A DNA stretch of 48,170 nt, taken from the NCBI GenBank assembly GCA_002439705.1, contig DJPE01000014.1, positions 321 to 48,490 on the forward strand. The letters run 5' to 3'. This document shows, piece after piece, positions 1 through 9,002 of this stretch. The notes beneath the pieces are model-generated. The model saw nothing but the letters and a program-made list of their open reading frames with translations, was not told the origin of the DNA and did no database searches. The position numbers were made by a program, and so were the translations under genes. How positions within the stretch are numbered: the stretch's first letter is position 1; every line of letters starts with the position of its first letter. Origin of the DNA: Christensenella sp. UBA6420 (GTDB taxonomy: Bacteria > Bacillota > Clostridia > Christensenellales > DTU072).

Positions 1-465
1 AAAGTTAAGGTATCCGCCACCCGTGACGGCAGCCAAAGACTCGCTTATTCCGTCGCTGCTGAGGGGACCCGTAGCTATTATCGTGTAATCGGTAATTTCG
101 GTACGTTCTTCCCTTATTACGTTAATATTGTCGAACTTATTAAGTTCGTTTTTTATATACTCGGAAAACTTTTCTCTGTCCACCGCAAGAGCTCCGCCCG
201 CGGGAACGGAAGTGTTTTCGGCGGCTCTTATTATAAGGCTGTCGAGAAGTTTCATTTCCCGTTTTAACGCACCTTGCGCGGTGTTGACGTCCGCGCTTTT
301 AAGAGAATTGCTGCACACAAGCTCGGCAAAGTCTCCCGTTTTGTGAGCGGGCGTGGTCTTAAAGGGCCGCATTTCGTATAAGTCTACGTTTACGCCCCTT
401 TTAGCTAACTGATAACACGCTTCGGCTCCTGCGAGTCCGCCGCCGATTACGGTGACTTTATTCAT
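1..465 (-). CDS. trmFO: tRNA (uracil-5-)-methyltransferase TrmFO/Gid, N-terminal part (C-terminus lies outside the window)
   Basis: My translation of the minus strand from ATG 465-463 gives MNKVTVIGGGLAGAEACYQLAKRGVNVDLYEMRP...TPAHKTGDFAELVCSNSLKS (FAD-binding GxGxxG start, TrmFO-like). It is absent from the ORF track because it has no stop in the window. It overlaps the topA stop by 8 nt. topA-trmFO synteny is as in Bacillus. Confidence 0.85.
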   Translation of the reverse strand, partial: MNKVTVIGGGLAGAEACYQLAKRGVNVDLYEMRPFKTTPAHKTGDFAELVCSNSLKSADVNTAQGALKREMKLLDSLIIRAAENTSVPAGGALAVDREKFSEYIKNELNKFDNINVIREERTEITDYTIIATGPLSSDGISESLAAVTGGGYLNF

Positions 466-2569
466 CCTTTTTCTCTTCCTGCCTTTCCGGCGCGTCGGGT
501 ACGACGGTCTTGTTACATTCCTTGTTGGTGCAGACGTATTTAGTCTTGCCGTCTTTGACTATCATTCTCATGACGTGTCTGCAATCGGGGCAGAATATCG
601 GAGCCGGCAGTTCCCAGCTCATAAAATCACATTCGGGATAATTGCTGCAGCCGTAGAATATTTTGCCGTTTTTCGTATGTTTTTTTACTATATCTCCGCC
701 GCAACGGGGGCATTTGCCGACCGACTCGACGAAGTTCTTTATGTTCTTACAACGGGGATAATTCGGACACGCCAAAAACTTGCCGTATTTGCCGCTTCTT
801 ACCACCATGTGCGCGCCGCATTTTTCGCAGATTACGTCGGTGACTTCTTCTTCGAGCTTAACCTTCTTTTCTCCTGCGTAGGCTTTGATAAGGCTCTTTT
901 CAAACGGCGGATAGAAGTCGGCTATTACTTTTTGCCACTGGGTGCCGTTTACTATCGTGTCAAGGTCGTTTTCCATCGACGCGGTGAACTTAATATCGAC
1001 TATGTCGGCGAAGTTCTTTTCCATAAACTCCACTACCGTTTCTCCTAATTGCGTAGGAACGAGCTGCTTTCCGTCTTTCGTGGTGTACTCTCTCTTGGCA
1101 AGAGTACTTACTACCGACGCATAGGTGGCCGGACGTCCGATGCCGTTTTCTTCCATAGCCTTAATGAACGTGGAATCGGTATAACGCGGGGGAGCTTTCG
1201 TAAACTTCTGCTCGCTTTTTATTTCTTTAAGATTAAGGCTTTCGCCTTCTTCGAGATTAGGCAACTTATCACTGCCTTCTTCGTCTTCTTCCTTATCGTT
1301 TTCGTACGCTACGGTATAGCCTTTGAAAATGACGGTTTTTCCCGTAATCTTAAATCCGTAGTCGCCTTCTTCGGTTGCGCCGGTTATATGAACGTTAAGT
1401 GTGTTGTAGACGGCTTCGGACATCTGACTTGCCAAAAATCTGTCGTAAATAAGCTTATAAAGTCTGTACTGATTGCGGTTAAGCATAGTTTTCAGACTCT
1501 CGGGAGTACGGGCAAGAGTAATAGGTCTTATCGCTTCGTGAGCGTCCTGTACGTTCGCACTCTTCGTGGTATAAATATTCGGCTTTTTCGGAGCGTAATC
1601 CGCACCGAAATGTTCCTTAATAAACTTTAACGCGGCGTCCTGCGCTTCGGGCGATACTCTTACCGAGTCGGTACGGATGTAAGTAACGAGAGCGGTATGT
1701 CCTTCTCCTTCCAACTCTATACCTTCGTACAGCTGCTGAGCTATTTTCATAACTTCGGGAGCGGTAATGGAAAGTCTGCTCGCTCCGTCCTGTTGCAACG
1801 TGCTGGTAGTAAAAGGCGCATTCGGTCTGGACTTGCTTACGCCCCTTTTTACCGTATCGACTTTATATAAAGCCTTCTTCAAAGCTTCGGTAATCTTATT
1901 TGCTTCGTCGCCGTTCTTAACTTTTACTTTCTTGCCGTTGAAATCGGCGAGAGCGGCTTTCATTGCGGTGACTTTGCCTTGTTTTTGCAGGTACGCAAAT
2001 ATATTCCAATATTCTTCGGGCTTAAATGCTCTTATTTCTCTTTCTCTGTCCACTATCATTTTGAGCGCAGCGCTTTGAACGCGTCCGCCCGAAAGGCCCT
2101 GTTTTATCTTCTTGTTAAGGATAGGGCTTATTTTATAGCCCACGAGTCTGTCGAGAACTCTTCTCGCCTGTTGAGCGTTGACGAGATTCATATTTATTTC
2201 TCTCGGAGTCTTTAACGCCGCGTTGACCGCGCGGGAACTGATTTCGTTAAACTCGATTCTGTTGTCGCCGTGCGGCAGTTCCAATACGTTGCTTAAATGC
2301 CAGCTTATCGCTTCCCCTTCTCTATCCGGGTCGGTTGCGAGATAAACGGCGTCGCTGTCTTTTACCGCCTGTTTAAGTCTTTTTATCAAATCCTTTTTTT
2401 CTTTGACGAGTACGTATTCGGGTTTGAAATCGTGTTCTATATCTATCCCGAGGCTCTTTTCGGGCAGGTCGCAGACGTGTCCGCCGCTCGCAAGCACCCT
2501 GAAATCTCCCCCGAGATATTTCTGAATTGTTTTCGCCTTGGTCGGCGATTCTACGATTACTAATTTCAT
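458..2569 (-). CDS. topA: DNA topoisomerase I
   Basis: TOPRIM start MKLVIVESPTKAKTIQKYLG, DPDREGE motif, and C-terminal CxxC zinc-ribbon repeats (CEKCGAHM..CPNYPRC, CPRCGG..CSNYPEC, CPDCRH..CTNKEC). I moved the start to Met5 of the track ORF; this ATG overlaps the dprA stop as TAATG. Confidence 0.95.
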   Translation of the reverse strand: MKLVIVESPTKAKTIQKYLGGDFRVLASGGHVCDLPEKSLGIDIEHDFKPEYVLVKEKKDLIKRLKQAVKDSDAVYLATDPDREGEAISWHLSNVLELPHGDNRIEFNEISSRAVNAALKTPREINMNLVNAQQARRVLDRLVGYKISPILNKKIKQGLSGGRVQSAALKMIVDREREIRAFKPEEYWNIFAYLQKQGKVTAMKAALADFNGKKVKVKNGDEANKITEALKKALYKVDTVKRGVSKSRPNAPFTTSTLQQDGASRLSITAPEVMKIAQQLYEGIELEGEGHTALVTYIRTDSVRVSPEAQDAALKFIKEHFGADYAPKKPNIYTTKSANVQDAHEAIRPITLARTPESLKTMLNRNQYRLYKLIYDRFLASQMSEAVYNTLNVHITGATEEGDYGFKITGKTVIFKGYTVAYENDKEEDEEGSDKLPNLEEGESLNLKEIKSEQKFTKAPPRYTDSTFIKAMEENGIGRPATYASVVSTLAKREYTTKDGKQLVPTQLGETVVEFMEKNFADIVDIKFTASMENDLDTIVNGTQWQKVIADFYPPFEKSLIKAYAGEKKVKLEEEVTDVICEKCGAHMVVRSGKYGKFLACPNYPRCKNIKNFVESVGKCPRCGGDIVKKHTKNGKIFYGCSNYPECDFMSWELPAPIFCPDCRHVMRMIVKDGKTKYVCTNKECNKTVVPDAPERQEEKKDE

Positions 2570-3639
2570 TATACACTCCAATAGTTATGTTTCGTTTTGT
2601 TTATAAGTCCCGCGGTTTCCATTCTCGTAAGTAGGGAATTCAACTGCGATATACTAAGGTCAACGACGTCTAAAATCTCTTCGACGTGCATTTCCCCGTT
2701 TTGTTTAAGGGCATTAAGGATAGCGTCTTCGTTAAAGTCGAGCTGTATTAACGACGGCTTTACCGTTTCTTGTTTGGTAAGTCCCAGCTCGTCGTAAATA
2801 TCGTTCACGTCGGTGACCGCTCTCGACTGACACTCCCTTATACTCTTATTCACTCCGCTCGAAGCCGCGCTGTATATGCTGCCCGGTACGCAGAACACGT
2901 CTTTGCCTTGCGCTATCGCGCTGTTTATGGTAAGCATGGTTCCGCTCTTTATTCCCGCTTCGGTGACGAGGACGCTCCGCGACAAGCCGCTTATTATTCT
3001 GTTCCTTGCGGGGAAGTTGAAGCTGTTGGCGGGAGTGCCGGGTTCGTACTCGCTTACGACGAGACCGAAACTTATTATATCACGGTAAAGCGACAAATTT
3101 TCGGGTGGATATACAATATCCACTCCGCTACCCAAAACCGCCACCGTTTTTCCGCCCGCTTTCAAAGCAGATTTATGGGCGCAGGAATCTATTCCGCGAG
3201 CCATTCCGCTCACTATCGTAAACCTGTCGCTTAAAGAAGAAACGAATTCTTCCGTCGCTCTCAACCCGTATCTCGTCGGGAAACGAGTACCGACTACCGC
3301 AAACGACGGAGTGTTCAGTAAACTTGCGTCGCCTATGCAGTAAAGGGCGAGCGGCATATCCTGATAGGGAAGAAGGCTCTTCGGATACTCTTCGTCCGGA
3401 ATCGTGACAAATCTTATGTTCTTATCGGCGAAAGAATTTTCGAGTCTGTCGAAGTCTGTGTTTTCGAGTTCCGCTTTAATTTCTATATACTCGTTAGCTG
3501 AAACGTTCCTTAACGAAACGAGAAAATTTCCGAAATCTGAAAAGTCGGCGTAAGAAACTATTTTCCTTCCCTTGACGCAGCCTATTCCCTGCGCTTTCGT
3601 AAGAGCGTAAATTATTTTTTGTTTCGTAGTCAGTTTCAA
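2569..3639 (-). CDS. dprA: DNA processing protein DprA/Smf
   Basis: 356 aa with the DprA core FAVVGTRFPTRYG...GMARGIDSCAHKSALKAGGKTVAVLGSGVDIVYPPEN. dprA-topA synteny. Confidence 0.9.
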   Translation of the reverse strand: MKLTTKQKIIYALTKAQGIGCVKGRKIVSYADFSDFGNFLVSLRNVSANEYIEIKAELENTDFDRLENSFADKNIRFVTIPDEEYPKSLLPYQDMPLALYCIGDASLLNTPSFAVVGTRFPTRYGLRATEEFVSSLSDRFTIVSGMARGIDSCAHKSALKAGGKTVAVLGSGVDIVYPPENLSLYRDIISFGLVVSEYEPGTPANSFNFPARNRIISGLSRSVLVTEAGIKSGTMLTINSAIAQGKDVFCVPGSIYSAASSGVNKSIRECQSRAVTDVNDIYDELGLTKQETVKPSLIQLDFNEDAILNALKQNGEMHVEEILDVVDLSISQLNSLLTRMETAGLINKTKHNYWSV

Positions 3640-5168
3640 AATACCGTAAGCTCCTTCTTATCGACGGTCTTATACTGTATCGCTTCGGCAAGGTCGTCGC
3701 TTTCTATATTGTCTTTGCCGGCAAGGTCGGCTATCGTTCTTGCGGTCTTTAATATTCTCGTCGTGGCTCTCGGACTAAGATTGTTCTTTACGAAAACCTT
3801 TCCGAGCATATCTTCGCTGTCGGCGTCCAACGCGCAAAAACGCTTTATAATGGAATTATTCATTTGCGAATTAGTCCTTATTCCGTATTCGGCGAAACGT
3901 TTACGCTGGATTTCTCTCGCTCTTTCCACCCTTTCTCTTACCGTCGCGCTCGACTCGGGTACTCTGCGGGAACGGAACTCGCCGTACTCTATATTATCTA
4001 CCGTAACGTAAATGTCTATTCTGTCGAGAAGCGGTCCGCTTATCTTGGAAACGTAGTTTAATATTTCTCTCGGCGTGCAGGTACATTTTTTTACGGAACT
4101 TCCGTAATATCCGCACGGACAAGGGTTCATACTCGCTATAAGCATAAAATCGGCGGGGTATTCGGCGGTTCTGTTCACTCTCGACACCGTTATTACTCCG
4201 TCTTCCAACGGCTGACGGAGAGCTTCAAGAATTTTTCTCGGATATTCGGGCATTTCGTCAAGGAACAACACCCCGTTATGGGCAAGGCTCACTTCTCCCG
4301 GTTTAGCGTTGTTTCCGCCGCCCGTTATGCTCGGCAGACTCGCCGTGTGGTGGGGGCTACGGAAAGGTCTGTGGCGGACTATTCCTTCTTCTTCGTTGAT
4401 AAGACCGCTTACGGAATGAATTTTTGTCACTTCGATGGCTTCGTCGAAAGTCATAGCAGGCATTATTCCCGTCACGCATTTGGCAAGCATCGTTTTGCCC
4501 GTACCGGGCGAGCCGCACATAAGCATGTTATGCGCTCCGCTTACCGCTATCTCCAACGCTCTTTTTGCCATGGACTGACCTTTTATGTCCGCCATATCCA
4601 CTTCGCAGACGTAATCGGAATATTGGTCGAAAACCGCTTTTTCTATGGGTTTTACGTTAAGTCCTATGAGAATATTAACCGCTTCGGCAAGGTTCGTCAC
4701 CGCATATACTTCCGCTCCGTCCACAAAAGACGCTTCTTTTGCGTTCCCGTACGGTACGACGAACTTTTTGTAACCTAACTGCAACGCCGATATGAGTATG
4801 GGCATTACTCCGTTAATTTTACGCAAAGCTCCGTCAAGACCGAGTTCTCCTAAAAACACGTACTCTCCGCAGTTCTTGTAAGGTACGCTCCCCGTACTCG
4901 TAAGGTACCCTATCGCTATTGCAAGGTCCAACGACGAGCCGTCTTTCTTTACGTCGGCGGGAGCGAGATTTATTACGGTGTGGAAAGAGCCGAATTCGAA
5001 ACCGCTGTTTTTAATTGCGGAACGGACCCTTTCTTTCGCTTCTTTGACGGCGCCGGCTGCAAGTCCGACCATATCGAAAGACGGCAGACCTTTCTGCGCG
5101 CAAACTTCGACTTCAACGGGAAACCCGCTTATCCCGTCCAAAGCAAAACTCTTTACCGTAGTGAACAC
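3636..5168 (-). CDS. comM: YifB/ComM family Mg-chelatase-like AAA+ ATPase
   Basis: 510 aa with Walker A GSPGTGKT, Walker B VLFLDEMPE and typical ComM N- and C-terminal domains. 4-nt overlap with dprA. Confidence 0.85.
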   Translation of the reverse strand: MFTTVKSFALDGISGFPVEVEVCAQKGLPSFDMVGLAAGAVKEAKERVRSAIKNSGFEFGSFHTVINLAPADVKKDGSSLDLAIAIGYLTSTGSVPYKNCGEYVFLGELGLDGALRKINGVMPILISALQLGYKKFVVPYGNAKEASFVDGAEVYAVTNLAEAVNILIGLNVKPIEKAVFDQYSDYVCEVDMADIKGQSMAKRALEIAVSGAHNMLMCGSPGTGKTMLAKCVTGIMPAMTFDEAIEVTKIHSVSGLINEEEGIVRHRPFRSPHHTASLPSITGGGNNAKPGEVSLAHNGVLFLDEMPEYPRKILEALRQPLEDGVITVSRVNRTAEYPADFMLIASMNPCPCGYYGSSVKKCTCTPREILNYVSKISGPLLDRIDIYVTVDNIEYGEFRSRRVPESSATVRERVERAREIQRKRFAEYGIRTNSQMNNSIIKRFCALDADSEDMLGKVFVKNNLSPRATTRILKTARTIADLAGKDNIESDDLAEAIQYKTVDKKELTVF

Positions 5169-5171
5169 TTT

Positions 5172-7181
5172 TTATCTCCCTTTTCTCTTAAATACGATTA
5201 TTACGACGGCTATCCCCGCGGCGGCTACGACTACTCCGCCTATCACCGTGCCTAAGAACGCGGCAAGGCTTAATTTATGTCCGAATACAGTCACGCCTTT
5301 ACTTGCGGAAACGTTCGTCGTCGGCGTGGACTCGCCGCTTATTACCAAGCTGTAATTTCCGCTTTCCGTAAGAGTAAATTCTATCTTGTTGTTGATGAGC
5401 GTTATCTCGACTTTTTCTCCCGTGTCTGCGTTAAACAAAGCGTAGTTTCTTTCGTAAAACCCTACCGGCATATTCATGCTTATTTTCAGTCCGTTCGATA
5501 AACTTTTTTGCAGTTCTCCGTTATAGAAAACGTTAAGGGAAAAGTTTTCGGAAAAACCTTTGTCGAAACCGCTGTTTTTGAGAAAATCGTTAGAGTTACC
5601 GACGGAAGCGAAAGTAAGTTTAATTTCGTCGCCTTTTTTGTAGCCTGCAAAATCGCCGTCGTTTACGGTATAAGTCAAAGCCCCCGACAGATAAGTCGGA
5701 GCTTTTTCTATTACGTAAGAGAAACTGCTCTTTCCGCTCATAAGTTCGTCGATTTCCTTAAAGCAGTCATCAAAATCTTCGCTCGACGTAAGGTCGGAAG
5801 ATATAAGAACGTTGAGCTTTGAGAAAGCCGCATTAATCTTTTCGACGGCGTTTTCCGTATACCCGGAAAAATCGGCGTTACGGTAAGCAGCCGCATACGA
5901 TTTAAGTTTATCGGAAAAGTTTTTATCGTTGAAATAGTTGAAAGCGACGTGCTGAAAAGCTACGTTGCCGACTTTGTCGGTTGCGTTTATTACTACCGAC
6001 GACACGCCGTAACAGTCGAAATAAAGTTCGTACACCCCTTCCGACGATTCGGTGAAGACTTCGCCGCTGCCCGCCACCGTAATTTCTTTTATTCCGCTCT
6101 GCGTATCTCTCGCTTCCACCCTTAATTTTACGGGGTTTTCCTTCGTCAAGTCGTAGACAGCGGTGGCGTTCGTTATACTCGGAGCGTCGTTGTCGAAAGC
6201 GTCGGCAGTAATATTAAAGGTGGTTTCTTCCGATATATTGCCGCAGGCGTCGACGCTGTAAGCTCTTATCGTGTACTCAGCGGCTCTTTCAAGCGTAAAT
6301 ATGCCGTTATATTCGCTCTTTGCGTCGTTTATGAAATAGTACCTGTTTTTTATTCCGCTTTCGGTGTCGAAACCGTAGTTTATTTCCACTTCGTATCCGC
6401 TCGTAAAACCGTTTGTTTTTGTCAAATCGGATATAGGCGTGACGATAATTTCGGGTTTTGCGGGAGCGTTTCCGTCGAATTTATCGAAAACGTATTCTTC
6501 CACTATGCAGTTTTTCGCGTTGTCGAAGACGTAAAGGTAAACGGTTGTTTTGTCGGAGATACTCAAAGTTACCGCGTCTAAGTCGGTAACTTCGATTAAA
6601 GTATTCCTGTCGGTCGACAAAGAGTAGTATATATTCCCTCTGCCGCTGTGCAGGTCGGATACCCCGTTAAGGTTTATATTTACGTTGTAAACGGAACCGG
6701 TCTTATAATATCTGTCCATTCCCGCGTGCGTCGGAACTTCGGGGGCTACGTTGTCGCTTTTTACCGTTTTCGATACCGAACCGGATAATTCGCCGTTATC
6801 GTCGTAGGCGTACAACGTGACGGTGACCACTCCGGACTGACTGACTTTATACAAGACCGTTCCGTCGGAAGGAGCGGCAGTCTTAGTCCCTTCTATCAGA
6901 ACGTCGTCTACGGTGACGTCGATTTTGTAGTAGGGAGCCGAAGCCAAATCAAAAGTTATTTCCGCGTCTTTCGAATAATTCCCCGTATAATTTCCCCGTA
7001 TATAAGTTATCTCCCCGTCGGTCAAATCCGCGTCTGTTACGGCGGTGACGGTGGGTTCGGGCAGGTCTGCGGCAAAGCCGACGTCGGTCGAAAAGTTAAG
7101 TCCGGCGACGAAAACCGCTATCGCGAGAAAACAAAATATATTAAAAATTAAAACACTTCTTTTTATATTTAATTTATCCAT
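5172..7181 (-). CDS. Membrane-anchored surface protein with repeated Ig-like modules (hypothetical)
   Basis: 669 aa. N-terminal signal/anchor (VLIFNIFCFLAIAVFVAGL), C-terminal TM plus basic tail (FLGTVIGGVVVAAAGIAVVIIVFKRKGR), and a recurring D-x-[DN]-[AV]-AP linker (SDNVAPEVP, DGNAPAKPE, DNDAPSITN). No LPXTG motif seen. Confidence 0.55.
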   Translation of the reverse strand: MDKLNIKRSVLIFNIFCFLAIAVFVAGLNFSTDVGFAADLPEPTVTAVTDADLTDGEITYIRGNYTGNYSKDAEITFDLASAPYYKIDVTVDDVLIEGTKTAAPSDGTVLYKVSQSGVVTVTLYAYDDNGELSGSVSKTVKSDNVAPEVPTHAGMDRYYKTGSVYNVNINLNGVSDLHSGRGNIYYSLSTDRNTLIEVTDLDAVTLSISDKTTVYLYVFDNAKNCIVEEYVFDKFDGNAPAKPEIIVTPISDLTKTNGFTSGYEVEINYGFDTESGIKNRYYFINDAKSEYNGIFTLERAAEYTIRAYSVDACGNISEETTFNITADAFDNDAPSITNATAVYDLTKENPVKLRVEARDTQSGIKEITVAGSGEVFTESSEGVYELYFDCYGVSSVVINATDKVGNVAFQHVAFNYFNDKNFSDKLKSYAAAYRNADFSGYTENAVEKINAAFSKLNVLISSDLTSSEDFDDCFKEIDELMSGKSSFSYVIEKAPTYLSGALTYTVNDGDFAGYKKGDEIKLTFASVGNSNDFLKNSGFDKGFSENFSLNVFYNGELQKSLSNGLKISMNMPVGFYERNYALFNADTGEKVEITLINNKIEFTLTESGNYSLVISGESTPTTNVSASKGVTVFGHKLSLAAFLGTVIGGVVVAAAGIAVVIIVFKRKGR

Positions 7182-7394
7182 ATATAGTCCCCGGAAAAAT
7201 TCACAAGTATTATATCATACATTTTTTTGAGAGTCACGGTTTTGTAAATTTTTCCTGTCGTTATTATTTAATAATAAAAAGATTAAAATTTTCTTAAACC
7301 GTTTTCGACCGTCACACCCTGCGGGAAGCAACTTCATAGAATGTACTATACGCCGTATTTTTATCTTTCGGCGAAAACACAATATGGAGGTATT

Positions 7395-7700
7395 ATGAAA
7401 AAAATCATCACGGCGGTGTTGATAATCTCGTTACTTACGTTAAGTATAATCGCATTCACCGCCTGCGCTAAGACGGACGACGACGTAATAAGACTTAACG
7501 AAGTCACCCATTCGGTATTCTACGCCCCCCTGTACGTCGCTATAAACAAAGGGTACTTCGAAGAGTACGGAATCAAAATCGAGCTTACCAACGGCGGCGG
7601 CGCCGACAAGAGCATGACGGCGGTAATAAGCGGTCAGGCGGACGTAGGGCTTATGGGACCGGAAGCAGCCGTATATACGGTTACTTCCTTAGACTCGTAG
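7395..7700 (+). pseudogene. 5' fragment of an NMT1/SsuA-like ABC substrate-binding lipoprotein gene, truncated by prophage insertion
   Basis: GGAGG RBS then MKKIITAVLIISLLTLSIIAFTAC (lipobox), followed by VIRLNEVTHSVFYAPLYVAINKGYFEEYGIKIELTNGGGADKSMTAVISGQADVGLMGPEAAVY. The frame then runs 8 codons into phage DNA (TVTSLDS) and stops. The continuation is at 40098-40817. Confidence 0.85.
7662..7690. other. attL (host/phage junction)
   Basis: gaagCagccgtata at 7662-7675 matches gaagTagccgtata at 40083-40096, with a 9-bp identical core agccgtata. The phage arm tacggttacttc follows at 7676-7687. Confidence 0.75.
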
Positions 7701-7705
7701 GGTTT

Positions 7706-8578
7706 TTATTGCAAACTTTCCACTATTCTTACGATTTGTTTATTTCTTGCAACCCCTTTCGTTTTTACTGCGTAAAATGCGGTAGAGTAACTCTTAAATG
7801 CGTTAAATACCATTATCGCAAGCGTACCGAGAACGGTTACAACGCCTTGCCAATTCACGCCGAATACGAGCGACGAAGTAACGAGTGACATTACTATCGG
7901 AGCTATTGCAAACCAACCTATTTTACCGCCCGCTTTTGTAATAAACCATTTCGCGCCCGTCTTATCGGGTTCTTCGATAAGGTTATACAAACCCTTTTGT
8001 CGATATCCCGCTCCGTTCGATACGCTTAGTTCCACGAGAGAAATTTCAGGCGGTACCATTCGCTTTAACCGATACGCCATAATTCGTATTTTAAGCGGAG
8101 TTCCTTTCGGCAATTTATCGCCGACGGAATAACTTTTAACGTCATTTTGCAAAACGTTTTCTATAAACTTGCGACAAGCTTCCTTGCGCGCTTCAAAATC
8201 GGCAAGTATCTTTTCGTCCAACGCCTTTTGCGCCGCGGCAATATCTTTAATTCCTTCTATCGCGGCATCTTTCTCTTCGTCCGACTTTACGTACTTTTCC
8301 GTAAGTTTTGCGCGATTTATTCCGCTTTGACGGGTGCAATAAGTGATTACTATTCCGCCGACCCAGTTCACGATGGTAAGTAAACCGATATTCCAATTTA
8401 GAAGGTCGTTCCACTCCACCTTTATTTGACCGTTTTGACTCATAAACACGTTGCATATCACTACGACGATATAAAAGGCTACGGCGGAAAGGAAGTTTAG
8501 GACTACGTCTTTCGACGTAGCCTTTCCTTTTTTATCGTTTAAGTCTTTCGTTACTTCGTTAAACCGGAAGTCTTCCAT
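7706..8578 (-). CDS. Phage membrane protein: 2 TM, about 125-aa cytoplasmic coiled-coil-like domain, 2 TM (unknown function)
   Basis: 290 aa. Hydrophobic segments LSAVAFYIVVVICNVFM, IGLLTIVNWVGGIVITYC, IGWFAIAPIVMSLVTSSLVFGV and VVTVLGTLAIMVFNAF. 20-nt overlap with the upstream ORF. Last gene before attL. Confidence 0.6.
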   Translation of the reverse strand: MEDFRFNEVTKDLNDKKGKATSKDVVLNFLSAVAFYIVVVICNVFMSQNGQIKVEWNDLLNWNIGLLTIVNWVGGIVITYCTRQSGINRAKLTEKYVKSDEEKDAAIEGIKDIAAAQKALDEKILADFEARKEACRKFIENVLQNDVKSYSVGDKLPKGTPLKIRIMAYRLKRMVPPEISLVELSVSNGAGYRQKGLYNLIEEPDKTGAKWFITKAGGKIGWFAIAPIVMSLVTSSLVFGVNWQGVVTVLGTLAIMVFNAFKSYSTAFYAVKTKGVARNKQIVRIVESLQ

Positions 8579-9002
8579 AAGCTAACCTCCAAGCGTTTTT
8601 ATGTGAAAGCAAATCGTAAGTTCCCGTTTCTACGTCCTTATCCGCTCTCTTTTTGTAAACTTCCGAAACGGGTTCTATTACCATAGACGCCACGGCGCCG
8701 ACGAGCGATATCCCGCTTATCCAAGTCAATTCGTCCGCAAGATATCTCATAACGATAGAAATAATAAACACGACGAGAGACACCGACAGAATAATATTCT
8801 TCTTTGCAAAATCAAGCACTTTATCCTTGAACGCTATGAGCAGGAAAAAAATTATTATGTACCCGAAAAACGAAAGCGACGTACCGGCAGACTTGATATA
8901 GTTTCCTTTTTGCGTGGCAAACAAAACGAGAAGCGGAATCGCATAGACTACGAATGAGAGAACTTTATAGAACCAATATCTCGCTTTATTCGTTGCCAAC
9001 AT
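8559..9002 (-). CDS. Phage 4-TM membrane protein (holin-like by position only)
   Basis: 147 aa with four hydrophobic helices and a charged C-terminal tail. Overlaps both neighbours (17 nt and 20 nt), suggesting translational coupling. Confidence 0.55.
   Translation of the reverse strand: MLATNKARYWFYKVLSFVVYAIPLLVLFATQKGNYIKSAGTSLSFFGYIIIFFLLIAFKDKVLDFAKKNIILSVSLVVFIISIVMRYLADELTWISGISLVGAVASMVIEPVSEVYKKRADKDVETGTYDLLSHKNAWRLAYGRLPV

Noticed and set aside
452-2563. Multiple plus-strand ORFs of 60-198 aa across the topA locus, with similar shadow ORFs across dprA, comM, terL, portal and dnaE
   Set aside because: They are antisense to well-supported genes, with low-complexity or Phe/Arg-rich composition typical of shadow frames.
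7182-7394. Possible TPP or other riboswitch upstream of the NMT1/THI5-like SBP gene, and the AT palindrome ttattat-tta-ataataa at 7261-7277
   Set aside because: I could not find the CUGAGA / ACCUGA / GCGUAGGGA thi-box elements or any other riboswitch core I recognise. The palindrome is pure A/T and too weak to call a terminator or operator.
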